A DNA stretch of 64,000 bases. Origin: an uncultured Gemmatimonadales bacterium (GTDB lineage Bacteria > Gemmatimonadota > Gemmatimonadetes > Gemmatimonadales > GWC2-71-9). The stretch covers positions 73,715 to 137,714 of the forward strand of contig CAWJOB010000002.1 in the NCBI GenBank assembly GCA_963844445.1, given 5' to 3'. Shown here piece by piece: positions 61,529 to 64,000 of the stretch (positions are counted from its first letter, which is position 1; every line of letters starts with the position of its first letter). Both the position numbers and the translations under genes were made by a program. The notes below the pieces were generated by a model. That model was not told where the DNA came from and made no database searches. It worked only from the letters and a program-made list of their open reading frames with translations.

Positions 61529-62284
61529 TCAGGCTCCGAGGCCGACCAGCTCGGCCCAGCCGTCGGGCTCGAGACTCGCGCCCCCGACCAGGACGCCGTC
61601 CACTTCTTCGCGCGCCACGAGCGCCCGCACATTCCCCTTGTTGACGCTGCCACCGTAAAGAATTGGAACCCGGCCGGTGACGCCACGGCGTCCCAGCTCG
61701 AACCGGATCAGCCCGTGCACCTGCGCGGCGTCGTCCGGGGTGGCGTTCTTCCCGGTGCCGATCGCCCAGACCGGCTCGTACGCCAGCACCACCCGTTCCC
61801 AGTCCGCCGGCCCGATCCGCTCGAGGAGTGCGGCGATCTGCCGGGTCACCACCTGTTCCGTTCGCCCGCCCTCGCGCTCGGCGAGGGTCTCACCCACACA
61901 GACCATCGGGATCAGGCCGGCCTTGAGGGCCGCAGCCAGCTTCCGCCCCACTTGCTCGTCGGTCTCGCCGAACAGGTGCCGGCGCTCAGAGTGGCCGATC
62001 AGGGCCGTGCGGGCACCGGCCTCCATCACCAACGGGATCGAGAGCTCGCCGGTAAACGCACCCTTGGGCTCCCAGTGCACGTTCTGCGCTCCCACCATGA
62101 CGTCGGTGCGCCCGGCGGCCGCCTGGCAGGCGGCGGTGATGGACACGGACGGTGGGAAGAACCAGAGCCGCCGATCGGCACTTGGAGAGGTGACTTCCAG
62201 GAACCGGCCCAGAAAGTCCCGGGTGGCAGCCGGTCCGTGATGCATCTTCCAGTTGGCGGCGTATATGAGCGAGCGCGTCGACAT
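61529..62284 (-). CDS. tpiA: Triosephosphate isomerase
   Basis: [42 protein letters not shown]. Confidence 0.98.
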   Translation of the reverse strand: MSTRSLIYAANWKMHHGPAATRDFLGRFLEVTSPSADRRLWFFPPSVSITAACQAAAGRTDVMVGAQNVHWEPKGAFTGELSIPLVMEAGARTALIGHSERRHLFGETDEQVGRKLAAALKAGLIPMVCVGETLAEREGGRTEQVVTRQIAALLERIGPADWERVVLAYEPVWAIGTGKNATPDDAAQVHGLIRFELGRRGVTGRVPILYGGSVNKGNVRALVAREEVDGVLVGGASLEPDGWAELVGLGA

Positions 62285-62315
62285 GTCCTCTGGCGGTGAT
62301 GGGTCAGGCGCGCTC

Positions 62316-62338
62316 TCATCCCGAGCGCAGCGTGGGAT
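62316..62338. repeat. REP-like element, partial copy 3 (pgk-tpiA spacer)
   Basis: TCATCCCGAGCGCAGCGTGGGAT, with an ATCCC/GGGAT stem; similar to 9861-9910 and 38375-38424. Confidence 0.45.
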
Positions 62339-62353
62339 TGGCCGGTGTGGCCG

Positions 62354-63544
62354 TCAGGCCTCGTCCAGCGCAGCCACCCCCGGAAGCGTCTTTCCTTCCA
62401 GGAACTCGAGGGACGCCCCGCCGCCGGTGGAGACGTGGGTGATCCGGTCCTCCAGTCCCGCTTGCGTCACGGCCGCGGCCGAATCGCCTCCGCCGACGAT
62501 GGTCACGGCGCCATTGGCCGTGGCCGCCGCCATCGCCCGCGCGACGGCCGTCGTGCCGTGGTCGAACGGCGGCGTCTCGAAGACCCCCATCGGGCCATTC
62601 CAGACTACAGTGCCGGCCCGCTCGATCCGTTCGGCAAAGTCCCTCTCGGTGGCGGGATCGATGTCGTAGACTGCCCAGCCGTCCGGGATGCGGTCGCGCG
62701 GGACCGTGCGAGTCTCCGCACCGGCCCTGAGCTCCCGTGCCACGACCGCTCCGCTCGGCAGGACCAACTTGCCTACCGAGTCCGCCAGGAGCCGGCGGGC
62801 AAGCTCGATGCGATGGGGTTCGATGAGCGAGTTGCCGGTCTCCAGTCCCATCGCGGCGAAAAAGGTGCACGCCATCGCGCCCCCGAGAAGCACGTGATCG
62901 ACCTTGGGAAGCAGGGCCGAGATCAGATCGATCTTGCCGCTGATCTTCGCGCCGCCCAGCACGGCCACGAACGGGCGCTTGGGCTGGTGCAGTGCGTCAC
63001 CGAGGTATCGCAGCTCCCGTTGCAGCAGGAAGCCGGAAACGGCCGGCTTGAGCACCCGCGCCACGGCCTCGGTGCTCGCGTGGGCCCGATGCGCCGAGCC
63101 GAAGGCGTCGTTCACGTAGAAATCGCCCAGCGCCGCGAACCGCGCCGCGAGCTCCGGATCATTGCCTTCCTCGCCCGGGAAGAATCGGGTGTTCTCCGCA
63201 ATCGCCACGCCTCCGCGCGGGAGGCGCCGGCTCTCGGTCACGGCCTGCTCCGACAGGGGATCCCGGAGAAATGTCACCGGCGAGCCCAGCACGCGCTCCA
63301 GCTCCCGGACCACAGGCTCCATCGAATACCTGTCGTCCCTGCCGCCCTTCGGCCGGCCGAGATGTGAGAGCAGCACCAGCCGTGCCCCGCGGGTGCGGAG
63401 GAACTCAATCGTGGGGAGGGCCGCCCGGATGCGGGTGTTGTCGGTGACCTTGCCGTCCTTCAGCGGGCAGTTGAAGTCCACCCGCACCAGCGCCCGCTTC
63501 CCTTCGATGGCGGCGGCGTCGATCGACTCCAGCGTCCGCTTCAC
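62354..63544 (-). CDS. pgk: Phosphoglycerate kinase
   Basis: [51 protein letters not shown]. Confidence 0.98.
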   Translation of the reverse strand: MKRTLESIDAAAIEGKRALVRVDFNCPLKDGKVTDNTRIRAALPTIEFLRTRGARLVLLSHLGRPKGGRDDRYSMEPVVRELERVLGSPVTFLRDPLSEQAVTESRRLPRGGVAIAENTRFFPGEEGNDPELAARFAALGDFYVNDAFGSAHRAHASTEAVARVLKPAVSGFLLQRELRYLGDALHQPKRPFVAVLGGAKISGKIDLISALLPKVDHVLLGGAMACTFFAAMGLETGNSLIEPHRIELARRLLADSVGKLVLPSGAVVARELRAGAETRTVPRDRIPDGWAVYDIDPATERDFAERIERAGTVVWNGPMGVFETPPFDHGTTAVARAMAAATANGAVTIVGGGDSAAAVTQAGLEDRITHVSTGGGASLEFLEGKTLPGVAALDEA

Positions 63545-64000
63545 AGCCGCTCCCCCACGTAACGCAGCAGGTCCACGCATCGGGCGGAGTACCCCATCTC
63601 GTTGTCGTACCACGAGGTCACGTTGACGAGGGTACGGTTCACCACGTTGGTCGAGAGCGCGTCCACGGTGCTCGACTGAAGCGAGCCGATGTAGTCCACC
63701 GAGACCAGCGGCTCGTCGCTTACCACCAGGACTCCTTTGAGGGGGCCGGCGGCGGCCGCCTTCCGGAAGGCATCGTTCACCTCTTCCGTCGAGGTGGGCT
63801 TCTCCACTACGCAGGTGAGCGCCACGACGGAGACGTCCGGCGTGGGCACGCGCAACGCGACACCGTCGATCTTCCCTTTGACCTCGGGGATCACCAGCGA
63901 CGTCGCCTTGGCGGCGCCGGTGGTGGTCGGGATGATCGACAGCGCGGCGGCTCGAGCCCGGCGGAGGTCCTTGTGAGGAAGGTCGAGAATCTGCTGGTCG
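63541..64000 (-). CDS. gap: Glyceraldehyde-3-phosphate dehydrogenase, 3' part (runs off the right edge)
   Basis: [43 protein letters not shown]. Confidence 0.97.
   Translation of the reverse strand, partial: DQQILDLPHKDLRRARAAALSIIPTTTGAAKATSLVIPEVKGKIDGVALRVPTPDVSVVALTCVVEKPTSTEEVNDAFRKAAAAGPLKGVLVVSDEPLVSVDYIGSLQSSTVDALSTNVVNRTLVNVTSWYDNEMGYSARCVDLLRYVGERL

Overview
High-GC bacterial chromosome segment, almost entirely coding and mostly on the minus strand. Protein style and gene order suggest Gemmatimonadota (my recognition, not a database result). It is mainly core metabolism: gap-pgk-tpiA, secG-carA, an HU/IHF gene, moaD-moaE-moaA-trmL, mdh-sdhCAB, dcd, a complete nuoA-N complex I operon that runs on into a phosphomannomutase and a UPF0182 gene, carbamate kinase-sucC-sucD-ndk, yceD-rpmF-plsX-fabH-fabD-fabG-acpP-fabF, futalosine genes mqnE-mqnA-mqnC, ispF, a DedA-TerB fusion, xerD, a TrpG/PabA gene and kdsB-pyrG. 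Accessory genes: an ABC exporter pair, a secreted acetamidase/formamidase, two divergent secreted metallopeptidases, a His-rich outer-membrane protein plus His-propeller lipoprotein pair, and a Ser/Thr kinase-ArgE-HutF operon between tpiA and secG. I found no rRNA, tRNA, CRISPR array, transposase or prophage, and no clear defence-type system. The best leads are the ArgE-HutF pair (possible HutG replacement), the His-rich pair after sdhB, three probable non-canonical starts (CTG, CTG, ATC), the DedA-TerB fusion, a small REP-like hairpin family and a recurring TAGNNT-type promoter with leaderless mRNAs. About 15 frameshifts between 51.1 and 54.8 kb, plus one in ndk, are most likely sequencing errors.
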